From NCBI GenBank assembly GCA_963816135.1, contig CAWFJD010000008.1:17173-81172 (forward strand): DNA of 64,000 nucleotides. Reading direction: 5' to 3'. Below the pieces are notes generated by a model. That model did not search any database. It saw nothing but the letters and a program-made list of their open reading frames with translations, and had not been told where the DNA came from. Below are positions 29,445 to 40,313 of the stretch, piece by piece. Each line of letters begins with the position of its first letter. The stretch's first letter is position 1. This DNA comes from an uncultured Chloroflexia bacterium (lineage in GTDB: Bacteria > Chloroflexota > Limnocylindria > Limnocylindrales > CSP1-4). The position numbers were made by a program, and so were the translations under genes.

Positions 29445-29475
29445 AACGTTTGCAAGACAACGTTTGCATACGTTT
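29445..29475. promoter_or_regulatory. Tandem LacI-type operator boxes upstream of the sugar ABC operon
   Basis: AACGTTTGCA at 29445 and 29459, then TACGTTT at 29469; resembles TGNAANCGNTTNCA; TTGACA at 29409. Confidence 0.55.
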
Positions 29476-29601
29476 AGGATGGCTCGGGTAACCGGGCCGA
29501 TACGGAGAGAGGAGAAGGCAAAGCCCAGAACTGGTTCGACGTGTAGGACCGGTCGGGCGACCGGTCAGCGTACCGAGCTTCCAGAGGAGGAAGGAGACCA
29601 G

Positions 29602-30811
29602 ATGGCGCGAAATCGACGAGCGGTAGCCGTCCTGGCGATCGCCGCACTAACTATGTCCGTGGTCGGCTGCTCCAGTTCAGGGGCAACCGCGACCCCAGCT
29701 GCGACCCCAACCCCGGTGGCGGCCGCCACCCCGACGCCTGCCGCGGGCACACCCACGCCAGGCGCCAAGCCCTGCACCGTGGGCGTTTCGTGGAACAACT
29801 TCCAGCAGCCGCGCTGGGCCGCGCACGACAAGCCGGGCATCCAGAAGACCGTTGAGGCGGCCGGCGGGAAGTACATCGACGCCGACGCGAACCTCAGCAA
29901 TGAGCAGCAGCTGACCGACGTCGATACCCTCATTTCGAAGGGCGCCAATGTCCTGATCCTGCTTGCTCAGGACAACAAGGCAATTCTGCCGGCGCTCAAG
30001 AAGGCGTCGGATGCCGGGATCCCGGTCATTGCCTATGACCGCCTCATCGAAGACCCGAGCATCCTCTACATCACCTTCGACAACGTCGGCGTTGGCGAGG
30101 CCATGGCCGAGGCCATCCTGGCCAAGGTTCCGAAGGGCAACTACGTCCTCATCAAGGGCGACCCGGGCGACCCGAACGCCTCGACCTTCCTGCCGCAAGG
30201 CTGGGACAACGCGGGCCTCAAGGACAAGGTCGCCTCCGGCGACATCAAGATCCTCAACGGCCCCGACGGCACGTTCACCGACGCCTGGAAGACCGAGAAG
30301 GCCCAGGCGAACATGGAAGCGATCATCGACAAGGCCAACTCGTCCGGCCAGAAGATCGATGCGATCCTCGATGAGAACGACAGCACCGCCCTCGGCGTCG
30401 TCGCCGCTCTCACGGCCAAGAACTACGGCTTCCCGCCGCTCAGCGGCCAGGACGGCGATCCGGCCAACCTGAACAACGTAGCCCTCGGCAAGCAGTACGT
30501 GGACGTTTTCAAGAACGCCAATGAGCTCGGCAAGGCTGCCGGCGCCGCTGCGCTCGCGCTCTGCGCGGGCGGCAAGATGGCCAGCCTGGCGCTCCCCGCC
30601 GGCCTCATCGCCGCCAACGTGGCGCCGACGGCCGGTCTCACCGCCCAGCCTTTCAAGACCCCGGGCGGAACCACGGTCAGTTCCTTCATCCTCCAGCCGA
30701 CCCCGATCACCGCGGACTAACCTCCAGGACGCGATCGATGCCGGCCAGATCACCAAGGCTGACCTCTGCAAGGGCGTGGACGCCGCAACGGCCCCACCTG
30801 CCTGCAAGTAA
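29602..30811 (+). CDS. Sugar ABC transporter substrate-binding lipoprotein, XylF-like (indel near 30717)
   Basis: GAAGGAG RBS, lipobox VVGC, QPRWAAHD, VIAYDRLI, ITFDN, DPNA, NDSTALG, SGQDGD. Confidence 0.9.
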
Positions 30812-30903
30812 CCCATAATTAGGCCTCTCTAGGACAGTCCGATCTGCGTCCACGGGACAACCCCCCGTGGACGCAGGTCCTTTCGTGGAACAGGAGTGCT
30901 CCC

Positions 30904-32232
30904 GTGGCGAACGTGGCCGACGCCACCGGTACAGCGTCAGAGGCAGCGGCCGACTCGTCGCATCTCTGTCTGCGCCTTATGGCCCAGACCGAAGTCGATC
31001 TCCGGTTGTTCGGGATGCTCGTCGCACTTGCGGTGATTCTTCTCGTCTTCGACGTCATGAGCGGCGGGCAGATGATCAGCCCGACGAACATGGTCACGCT
31101 GTCCGTCCAGGCGACGGGCATCGCGATCATCGCCGACCGGAATGGTGCTGGTCATCGTCTCGCGAAACATCGACCTCTCGGTCGGGTCGCTGGTCGGTTT
31201 CGTGGCCATGAGCTACGCGCTGCTGATGACCGACTGGTTCCCCAACACCTCCACCTGCCTGCCGATTTCCCGCTGACCTGGGCGATCGCCCTGGCCATCG
31301 GTGTCGCGATTGGCGCCGCGTTCGGCGCCGTGCAGGGCTTCATCATTGCCTACATCGGCGTGCCCTCGTTCATCGTCACCCTCGGCGGCCTGCTTGACCA
31401 TCCGCGGACTCGTCTGGTACCTCTCGCAAGGCGCCGCCGTATCCGGCCTCGACCCGACTTTCCAGCTCCTCGGCGGAGGGGCCGCGGGCTCGATGGGCGC
31501 GACACTCACGTGGGGCGTCGGGGTCGTCGGCTGTCTCGCAATCGTGCTGGTTCCTTATCACTGCGCGCCGGCAGCGTCGCCGGTTCGCGTTCCCGGTTCG
31601 GCCCATGTGGGCCGAGACGGTGATCGGCGTGGTCGGATGCCGCCGCAATTCTCGGTCTGGCCGCTTTTGCGAACGCCAATTACTGGCCGAAGGGCCTGGC
31701 GGATCGGTACGCCGCGGAGCACGGCATCGCGGTCCCGGCGGGAGGCCTGCAGATCTCCACCGGGTTCCCGTACCCGATCATGTTGCTCATCGGCGTGACG
31801 ATCGTGATGAGCTGGATCGCCAAGCGCCGCCGCTTCGGCCGATATGTCTACGCCTACGGCGGCAACCCCGACGCGGCCACGCTGGGCGGCATCAATACCC
31901 GCTGGACGATCATGAAGACGTACGTCCTGATGGGCATCCTGTGCGCCATAGCGGCGGCCATCGCGGCGGCCCGACTGAACGGCTCGACCCTCGACGTCGG
32001 CCAGAGCTACGAGCTCTACGTCATCGCGGCGGCCGTGGTCGGCGGCACATCGTTCGCGGGCGGCACCGGATCGATCGCGGGTGCGGTCGTCGGTGCCTTC
32101 GTCATGCAGTCGATTGCGTACGGGCTCAGCTTCAACGGGGTGAACTCACCCGGCCAGAATGTCGTTGCAGGCATCGTCCTGATCCTCGCCGTCGGCTTCG
32201 ACGCGTGGAACCGGCGCCGCTCTCGCAGCTGA
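30904..32232 (+). CDS. Sugar ABC transporter permease, XylH-like (several indels)
   Basis: [52 protein letters not shown]. Confidence 0.88.
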
Positions 32233-32245
32233 CGGAGGGACCACT

Positions 32246-33035
32246 TTGACGGTTGCAGATGGCACTCCGCTCGTGGAGATGCAGCACATCAACGTCGCCT
32301 TCGGAGGCGTTCACGCGGTCCAGGACGTCTCGGTCGACCTTCGGCCGGGCGAGGTCGTCGGTCTGGTCGGCGGCAACGGCGCAGGCAAGACCACGTTGAT
32401 CCGATGCCTGTCCGGCGCGCATCCGGCCGACTCGGGCCAGATCCTCATCGACGGCAAGCCGGCGTCGATCGCCAACCCGCGCGATGCCAAGGCGCTCGGG
32501 ATCGAGACGATCTACCAGACTCTGGCGCTGGCCGAGAACATCGATGCGTCGGCCAACGTCTTCCTCGGCCGGGAGCTGACGAGCCGGTTCGGCGATCTCG
32601 ACGACGCGGCAATGGAGTCCGCCACGCGGCAGGGTCATGGGGCGGCTGAACCCCAACTTCAAGAACTTCAAGACGCCGGTCGTGTCGCTCTCCGGCGGCC
32701 AGCGCCAGGCGATCGCCATCGGCCGGGCGGTCCATTTCAACGCCCGGATCCTGATCATGGACGAGCCCACCGCCGCCCTCGGGCCGGCCGAGACTGCCCA
32801 GGTCCGCGATCTGATCAAGCAGCTCAAGTCGGAAGGCATCGGCATCTTCCTGATCAGCCACGACATCCACGACGTCTTCGACCTCGCGGATCGGATCAGC
32901 GTCATGCTCCACGGCAAGCTCGTCGGCACGGTCAACAAGTCCGAGATCACCACGGACGAAGTCCTGGCCATGATCATCATGGGCAAGCTGCCCAGCGAGG
33001 TTTCCCAGAAGGAACTGGCCGAGCTCCACTCCTAG
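32246..33035 (+). CDS. Sugar ABC transporter ATP-binding protein, single domain (indel near 32630)
   Basis: GGNGAGKT Walker A, LSGGQ signature, [12 protein letters not shown]. Confidence 0.9.
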
Positions 33036-33050
33036 AACCGCTTCTCAGAC

Positions 33051-33085
33051 ACGCAGCCCGTCTCTCCGAGGCGGGCTGTTCGTTA
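33051..33085 (+). terminator. Hairpin between convergent ABC ATPase and LacI genes
   Basis: gcagcccgtctc-tcc-gaggcgggctgt followed by tcgtt. Confidence 0.5.
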
Positions 33086-33114
33086 TCCGGCCGCCGCCCT
33101 GGCGGCGCGAGGTT

Positions 33115-34150
33115 CTACCTCGGCGAACTGGGCGATCGGGGCGGCGGGCCGGATGACTCGCGAACCACGATCGAGGGCGGGAGCACCTCGAGATCCGGGG
33201 CTTTCAGATCGTCCAGCGCGTCGATCGCGACCCGGACCCCAACCGTGGCCATCTCTGCCATCGGCATCCGCACGGTTGTCAGCGATGGGTTGGTGTACCC
33301 GGACATAGGCAGGTCGTCGAAGCCGACGATCGTGACTTCTCCCGGCACCGGCATTCCCCGGCGGAACGCCGCGTGGAGAGCGCCGATGGCGAGGACATCC
33401 GTCGAAGCGACGATGGCCGTGGGCCGCTGTTCGCGGCTCATCAGCGCGTCGAATGCGTCCGCGCCGCCCTTCATCGTGTTCGGCGCTTCACGAAGCCACT
33501 CAGGCGCGAGGTGGAGGCGCTCGGCAAGCAGCCGGTTCACGAAGGCGGACGCCTCTCGCCGATGTCGCCGAGGAGCCGGCCTTCCGAGAAGCCGCCGCTG
33601 ATGAATGCGAAGCTCCGGTGGCCCAGCCCGAGGAGATGATCCATCAGGCTGTTGATGCCGGCGACGTTGTCCACGGCGACCGTGTGCAAGCCCGCGACGA
33701 CGCCCGAGCCCTGCCACATGGCGACGATGTGGAGGTTGGCCTGCCGCAGGTCCTCGAGCAGCCGGGGCTGATCGCTGGTGTCTCCCAGGACGATGATCGC
33801 GTCGCAGTGGCGGGTCTCGAGGACCGCGCGAACGGCAAGCGCTTCGTCCGTGCGTCCGTGGGCGTGGCCCAGAACGACGTTGTAGCCGCGCCTGTACGCT
33901 TCCGCCGAAACCGCGTCGACAGCCCCGGCGAAGAACGGGTCCGTGATCTCGCGGACGATCACGCCCAGGAGCATCGTTCGCGAGCCGCGGAGTCCGCGCG
34001 CCAGAGGGTTGGGCCGGTAGCGCATCTGGCGCGCCATCTCGAGGACCCTCTGCCTCGTCAGCTCATTGATGGGCACGCGGTCCGCGTTCCGGTCAGGACC
34101 CGCGAGACGGTGCTCTGGGAGACGCCGCTCGCTACGGCGATGTCGCGCAT
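33115..34150 (-). CDS. LacI-family transcriptional regulator (indels; start uncertain)
   Basis: [54 protein letters not shown]. Confidence 0.88.
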
Positions 34151-34518
34151 CGTCGGCAGTCTCGGGACGGGTCGGACCTCCCGGCGGCGAGGGGCGGGCC
34201 GAACCCGAAAGGCTCGGCTCCAGCCGCCCCCGGCTCGGATGACGAGCCAGACCCGCCTCGTGGAAGGTTGTCGGCATCGAGGTCATCGCGGAGCCATTGC
34301 ACACTCTTGGCTAGTCCATCGTCGCTTCGACGGCCACGGTCTGCGTGGTCGGCTACGCGGACCAGGCCGGTCGAGGCGCATCTGTTGCATGCATCGGGAG
34401 CATACATCCGGGGCGGGCACGACAAGCCCCCTGGTGGACGGAGTGAACCATCCGACGGTTGAGAGGCGGTCGAACGACCGACAGCACGTGGTGGCGCGGC
34501 CGAGGGTCTGTTGCCGGC

Positions 34519-35022
34519 TCAGCCGATGGCGGCGTTGAGCCTCTCGGTCGAAGAAGTCCGCTCGCCCGGGCCGGCCGTGCCCTGGGCGGCGGTGCCCTGG
34601 GCGAGGAGCTCCTCGGCCTCGTCGCAGCGGATCCCGCTGACTACCTTGAGTCGACGTGCAAGCCTGCCGTCCTGGGCAAGCTGAAGCACCGAACCCGCGG
34701 CGCCATCGACGGGATTTCCGGTCGCGAAGACCAGAGCGTCGATGTCGCAGGCGAGCAGCGCTCCGACGCACATGGGGCACGGTTCGCGGGTGACGAAGAT
34801 CGTGGCATCTGCCAGGCCACTTCGCCCCAACTTGCGGCTGGCTTCACGGAGAGCGACAACGATCGCATGCGCGGTTGGATCGTTCGTCTCGGCCACTCGG
34901 TCGTGGGCTCGGGCGACCATCGCGTCGTTGACGACGGCCACGGCCCCGATGGGGGTCATGCCCAGATCCAGTGCGACCCGCGCCTCTGCCAGCGCCTCGC
35001 CCATGAACAGTTCGTAGTTCAT
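34519..35022 (-). CDS. tadA: TadA-like nucleoside deaminase lacking the catalytic glutamate (HAI instead of HAE)
   Basis: FMGEALAEA, PIGAVAV, NDPTAHAIVVALREA, VTREPCPMCVGA, GAAGS; near ffs/dnaX and the tRNA genes. Confidence 0.85.
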   Translation of the reverse strand: MNYELFMGEALAEARVALDLGMTPIGAVAVVNDAMVARAHDRVAETNDPTAHAIVVALREASRKLGRSGLADATIFVTREPCPMCVGALLACDIDALVFATGNPVDGAAGSVLQLAQDGRLARRLKVVSGIRCDEAEELLAQGTAAQGTAGPGERTSSTERLNAAIG

Positions 35023-35114
35023 GGCCGGATCATACAGGCCCGGGACGCCGGCACGCCGCGCCACGAGTCCCTTTGCCGCCGACCGACACGATGGGCGGGC
35101 TTCGCGGAGCCACG

Positions 35115-35992
35115 CTAGTCACGGCCCGTCGGCTCCCGGATGGCCTTTGCCAGAACCGACATGTCCTCGCCGGAGTGGCCTCCCGCCAACAGTTCATCCT
35201 CGAGCCTTGCCGCGAGCCCCGCTACCGGAAGCTCCATCTCGAGCGTCCGGGCAAGCTCCAGGGCGATGCCGAGGTCCTTTCGGTGCAGCGACAGCCGGAA
35301 GCCGAGCGGGTACTTGTCCTCGATCATGTTCGTCGACCGATTTGTCAGCACCCAGCTCTGGGCCGAGCCGCCCGACAGTGCATCGACCAGCCGCGCGGGA
35401 TCGAGTCCGGCCTTCATGCCCAGGATGAGTCCCTCCGCGAGGCCGAGGTAGATGCCGGTGATGACGACCTGGTTGACCGCCTTGGCGGCCTGCCCCGAAC
35501 CCGCCGGACCCAGGTGCGTGATCGTCCTGCCGATCGTCTGAAGAACCGGCATCGCTCGAGCCACGTCCTCGTCCGATCCGCCGACGAATACGGTGAGCGT
35601 TGCCAGACGCGCTCCCTCGGACCCACCCGATACCGGCGCGTCGACCATGCGGACGCCCTTTTCGGCAAGCCGGGCGCCGAACTCGCGAGTCGCCACGGGA
35701 GAGATGGTCGAGCAGTCGATGACCAGGCTGCCCGGCCGGAGCCCTTCGGCAAGCCCGCCGGGCCCGAAGATGACGCTTCGACGTCCGGCGTATCCGAGAC
35801 GCAGATGACGACCACATCCGAGCGCCCGGCGAGCTCGGCAGGTGAAGCGGCCTCGCTGGCACCCATTGCCACCAGCTCGGCTCCCCGGCCGGCGGTCCGA
35901 TTCCAGACGGTCAGCTCGGCGCCGGCGGCCCTGATGTTCCGGGCCATCGAGAAACCCATCGTCCCGAGACCGACGAACCCGATGCGTTCCAC
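35115..35992 (-). CDS. NAD(P)-dependent oxidoreductase, 3-hydroxyisobutyrate/tartronate semialdehyde reductase family (indels near 35750-35780)
   Basis: IGFVGLGTMG, WNRT, DAPVSGG, KAVNQ, FRLSLHRKDL. Confidence 0.9.
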
Positions 35993-36084
35993 GACGACTC
36001 CTCCGATTCAGTCCACGTTCTCATGGCCGTGGCCGAGCCCAACGGCTCGCAGCATAGCCTCGTCACTGCACCCTCGGACGCATC

Positions 36085-37181
36085 ATGACTTCGGCCACTA
36101 ACGCTGGCCGGTCTCCGGCCTCAGAATACGAAACCGTGTCGAAGCAGCTGGATTGGATCATCGGCCGCGGCCTCGTGGGCCGGCGGCGGACAGCGGTTGG
36201 GGTCGCCTTTTTCGTGCTGGTCGCCGCGTCCATCGCCGCCTCCAGCGTGCCGGCCGTTCGCAGCCGGGCCGCGCACCCCCGCGCCCGCGGTCGGACTCGC
36301 GGCAGCGGCTTCGGCACCGGAGTCCGCTCCAGGCGGTGGCCAGCCCGCCCGGCAACCCGTCCGCCGCGGCTGACGTCGCCGTCGGTCTCCGAAATCGCCT
36401 CCGCCTTCGTCGTCTTCGCATCGACGATTCGTGTCAGGGATGCGGCGTCGCGCCCACGCAGCCGGCACCCTCCGGACCGATCGCCAGCGGCGCGGCCCCG
36501 TTCCGCCTCCACGTCCCGATCCTCGAGTACCACCGGGTCAAGCCCTGGCAGGGCGAGACGGGCAGCGCTCGAAACCTGATCACTCCGCCCGAGGACTTCC
36601 AGGCGCAGATGGACGCCATGGCCGCCGCGGGCTGGAAGACGATCACGATGGGCGAGCTGGGCGATGACCTCCGCCTGAGCATCGCGCCCGGGCCCAAGAC
36701 GTTCGTCGTGACCTTCGACGACGGCTACGAAGACGGCTATCGCAACGCGTTTCCAGCCCTGCTGAGCCACGGCTTTCGGGCCACGTTCTTCGTGATCGCG
36801 AGCCGGATCGGATCCCAGGGGTTTCTTTCGGCGTTCGAGATGCGGCAGCTCGTAGCCGCCGGAAACGAGATCGGCAACCACAGCTACTCACACAAAGTCC
36901 TGACCGCCGTGGCACCGGACCTCCTGCCCCAGGAGATCAACGGCGCGTCCGCCCTCATCGCCGACGCCACGGGCGTGTGGCCGAAATCCTTCTCCTATCC
37001 AAAGGGCCTCGGCAGCGACTTCCTGCAGGCTCGATTGGCCGCCTGCCCTCAACTCGAGACCGCCGTCGTGCAGGGCGGCTCCGCACCGGAGATCTGGCTC
37101 AACCACTGGCGGCTGCCCCGGATACGAGTGGGGGCCGGCACGTATCCTTCTGATCTTGTGGAGAGGGCAACAAGGTACTGA
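36085..37181 (+). CDS. Exported polysaccharide deacetylase (NodB/CE4); 5' part ambiguous
   Basis: PILEYHRV, VTFDDGY, EIGNHSYSH, FSYPKG, LPRIRV. Confidence 0.82.
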
Positions 37182-37255
37182 CATGAGGATCTTCCCCCGG
37201 CGCCGAAAGAGGCACTTCCGATTAGCCGAACACGAAGGCGAGCAGGGCTGTCCCG

Positions 37256-37969
37256 GTGGGCTCGAAGCCGCGCCGGAGTCGCCGCAGCCGGCTGCTGCGG
37301 ACGATCCTCCTCGTCGGCCTCTTCGCCGCCTTCACCCGACCGGGCCAACGTCTGGCGCGGTCAGCGGCGCGTGGCGCGGACAAACGCCTCGGCGGCTTCG
37401 CCGAGCCGGAGTCGCTGGCCTACTCCAAGGTCATCGCCCCGTTCATGGGCCGGCTCTACAGGCGTGCGGCCGAAGACGTGGCCGCCGAATTCAAGGGCTT
37501 CGGCAAGGGCAAGCGGCCCACGATCGTGGACATCGGCTGCGGTACCGGAGAGCTGGTCGTGGCGATCTCGCGCAAGCTGCGCGAAGCCCGGATCGTCGGC
37601 ATCGATAGCTCCCCCAGCATGCTGCTGTTCGCGAGCCGGCACGAGACAACGGACGGCCGCCTGCGGTTCGTCGTCGGAGACGGCGCGAGGATGCCGTTCG
37701 CCGACGGCTCGGTCGACTTGATCGTCTCCACTCTGAGCCTTCATCACCTGGCGGATCCTGTGGCCGTGATGGTGGAGATCGACCGCGTGCTCCGCCCGGG
37801 CGGCTGCGCGCTCATCTACGACCTGGGGCTCGTGACGCTCACCTCTCAGGAGATGGCCCGCGTCGTCGCCGACGCCGGAATAGCGCCGGATTCGGTCGTG
37901 GTCGAGCGCGTCAGTGGCGGCCTGCTTTCCCGCTTGTTCGTTCGCTTCAGGTTCGACCCCGATCGGTGA
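37256..37969 (+). CDS. Class I SAM-dependent methyltransferase
   Basis: VDIGCGTG, GIDSSPSM, GDGARMPFADGSVD, LHH, RVLRPGG. Confidence 0.88.
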   Translation: MGSKPRRSRRSRLLRTILLVGLFAAFTRPGQRLARSAARGADKRLGGFAEPESLAYSKVIAPFMGRLYRRAAEDVAAEFKGFGKGKRPTIVDIGCGTGELVVAISRKLREARIVGIDSSPSMLLFASRHETTDGRLRFVVGDGARMPFADGSVDLIVSTLSLHHLADPVAVMVEIDRVLRPGGCALIYDLGLVTLTSQEMARVVADAGIAPDSVVVERVSGGLLSRLFVRFRFDPDR

Positions 37970-38028
37970 AAGCCTGCCGGTTCTGCGGGCCCGTCTCGGC
38001 ATGCTAGAATTCCGCCCGCTGTAGGCCT

Positions 38029-38121
<93 letters not shown>

Positions 38122-38167
38122 CCTTTCCGTCTCCGGCGGATTCGTCCGGTGAAGGACAGCGAACGAT

Positions 38168-38243
38168 GCGCCCGTAGCTCAGTGGATAGAGCGCCAGGTT
38201 GCGGACCTGGAGGTCGTGGGTTCGAGTCCCGCCGGGCGCGCCA
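38168..38243 (+). tRNA. tRNA-Arg(GCG)
   Basis: GCGCCCG TA GCTC AGTGGATA GAGC G CCAGG TTGCGGA CCTGG AGGTC GTGGG TTCGAGT CCCGC CGGGCGC GCCA; anticodon GCG at 38201-38203. Confidence 0.93.
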
Positions 38244-38402
38244 GAACTCAACACGCAGCGACCCCGAGCAATCCTCGGGGTCGATCTGTTTCCAGGCGCC
38301 GAGGCCATTCGCCCGCCCCGGCGAGCGGATAACCTTGGCTTGGCAGGGCAGGCGAAGACGACGGATCGCGGAGGCTGCTGAGCGCGGTGAAATTGCCGAG
38401 GG

Positions 38403-40018
38403 ATGGGTCCAGCGCGAGGTCCGGCTTGGGGACTTCTGCTGACGACTGTCCTGGCATTCGCGGCCGCCGGCTGCGGAAGCGCCGCCCCATCCGCCACGAG
38501 CGTCACGGGGGCTACGCCACCGCCTTCGATACGAATGACTCCCACGCCCTGGTCCACCGCCGCAACGGCGGCCACGGCCGCCACGCCGCCCGCCTCCCTG
38601 CCCCCGACACCGTCCCCTACTCCCGATCGGCCGGTCTCGTTCTTCGCGGCGGTCGTGGCCAGGTACGACGAGCCCCGCGAGTCGCTCACCGCGGCGCAGC
38701 TCGCATCGGGCCTGCAGGATGGCAAGGTCCTGGTGCCGTGCGAGTTCAACTTCATCGGTCTGCCGGACATCTCCGTCTCGATGCCGCCGGCGACTCCCTG
38801 CGTGCCGATCGCGCAGATGACCGAGCGAGTCCGAAGCGCGGCCGGCACCCTTGGCTTGCTGCCACCGGGCCTCGTCAGCGCTTCGGTCAAGGTCCTCTCG
38901 ATCGACGGCGCGGATCTGTTCGGCTCGCCGACCAAGCGAACCAGGTCCTACCCGCTGTATGCCCAGTCGGCACGTCGTCGGCGACTGGGCCGACTACCGG
39001 CAGGACGACATCCGAACCCTGATCTCGACCGGCGACACCTGCCCCGACCGGGGCGTTTCGTTCATGGCGGTCACCAAGAAGCAGGGCTGGGATTGGGTTC
39101 TCGATGGCGGCTCCGTCCGCTACCGCGGCTTCAAGACGAGCGCCTGGGATTGGCCGGTGCCGATCCTGTCGCGAACCGGCAACGCCGGCCGGGTGAGCGC
39201 CCTCATCTCCGACAACGACGTGAGCGTCAACGACTTCGAATGCCCGATGATCTCGACCTGGACCCAGCACAACACGGGCATGGTGTTCAGCATCGACCCA
39301 CGCGTCGGGCCGCTGCTGGCGAGCAAGGCCGGCCTCAAGGCCGTGACGCTCGGCTCCAACCACATAACCGACGCCGGCCTCGAAGGGAGTCCGCCAGACG
39401 CTCAGCTATCTCGACGCGGCGGGGATCAAGCACACCGGAGCCGGCACGAACGCTTGCCGATGCCCTGGCGCCCGCGGTCGTGGACGCCAACGGACTCAAG
39501 TTCGCCTTCGTCGGCTGGGACGACGTCAGCGGCTCGCGCGCGGCGACGGAGACTCGCCCGGAGTCGCGCCCATGACCGACGAGAACGTGTGCGCCTCGAT
39601 CAAGGCGGCTCGGGCGGAGGCGGATGTCGTCATCGCCATGCCGCAGTGGGGCTGGCCGGAGTACCACGCCACGATCACCAAGACCCAACGCACGCAGCGG
39701 CAGTTCATCTACGACTGCGGCGCCGACGGAATACTCGGCAGCGGAACCCACTGGGCTTCCTGGGTCTCCATCTGGCCGTCGGCCGCTGAGACCCATTTCG
39801 CCATCGGCAGCCACGGCAACTTCCTGTTCGATCAGAGCTGGAGCCGCCAGACGATGGAAGGCGTGATCGTCGAGGCGACCTTCTCCGGAAAGAAGCTCGT
39901 CCAGTTCCGTCTCCATCCCTATGCCGTGGTCCAGGGCGCCCAGCCGTGCCTGCTGGATCCGACCACGGACGGCGCCTTCGTCCTGAACCAGGTCTGGCAC
40001 GTCAGCGACGTCCAGTAG
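38403..40018 (+). CDS. CapA/PgsA-family metallophosphoesterase-fold lipoprotein (several indels)
   Basis: Lipobox AAGC, TGDT, NDFECP, GSNHITD, MPQWG.EY, SHGNFLFDQ. Confidence 0.78.
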
Positions 40019-40091
40019 CCCGTCGCGGGCCGCGGACGAGAGGCCGGCGGCACGAGGGACTCCGGCCGCAGGTCTTCGCGCCAAATCCTAT

Positions 40092-40121
40092 TTGACACTC
40101 GCCCGGGTAAACGGTTACTGT
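40092..40121 (+). promoter_or_regulatory. Sigma70-type promoter of the aro operon leader
   Basis: TTGACA (40092)-18 bp-TACTGT (40116). Confidence 0.6.
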
Positions 40122-40133
40122 CCGAGGACCGAT

Positions 40134-40172
40134 ATGGACACGTACTTCTACTTTTATCGCAACCCGGCATGA
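40134..40172 (+). CDS. Putative Tyr/Phe-rich attenuator leader peptide MDTYFYFYRNPA
   Basis: GAGG RBS; ATG GAC ACG TAC TTC TAC TTT TAT CGC AAC CCG GCA TGA between the promoter and a terminator upstream of DAHP synthase. Confidence 0.82.
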   Translation: MDTYFYFYRNPA

Positions 40173-40218
40173 CCGTTCCCGGAGCCTAGACCCGGGAGCG
40201 CGGGTCGTGTCGGGTGCC

Positions 40219-40244
40219 AGCAGAGGCAATGCCTCTGCTTTTTT
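40219..40244 (+). terminator. Intrinsic terminator (attenuator) in the aro leader
   Basis: AGCAGAGGC-AAT-GCCTCTGCT followed by TTTTT. Confidence 0.85.
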
Positions 40245-40313
40245 GTTACCTGATCAGATCCTATCTCCGGCCCGACGCCGAACGAGCCGGTCAGCCAACC
40301 AGGAGACCGCCAC

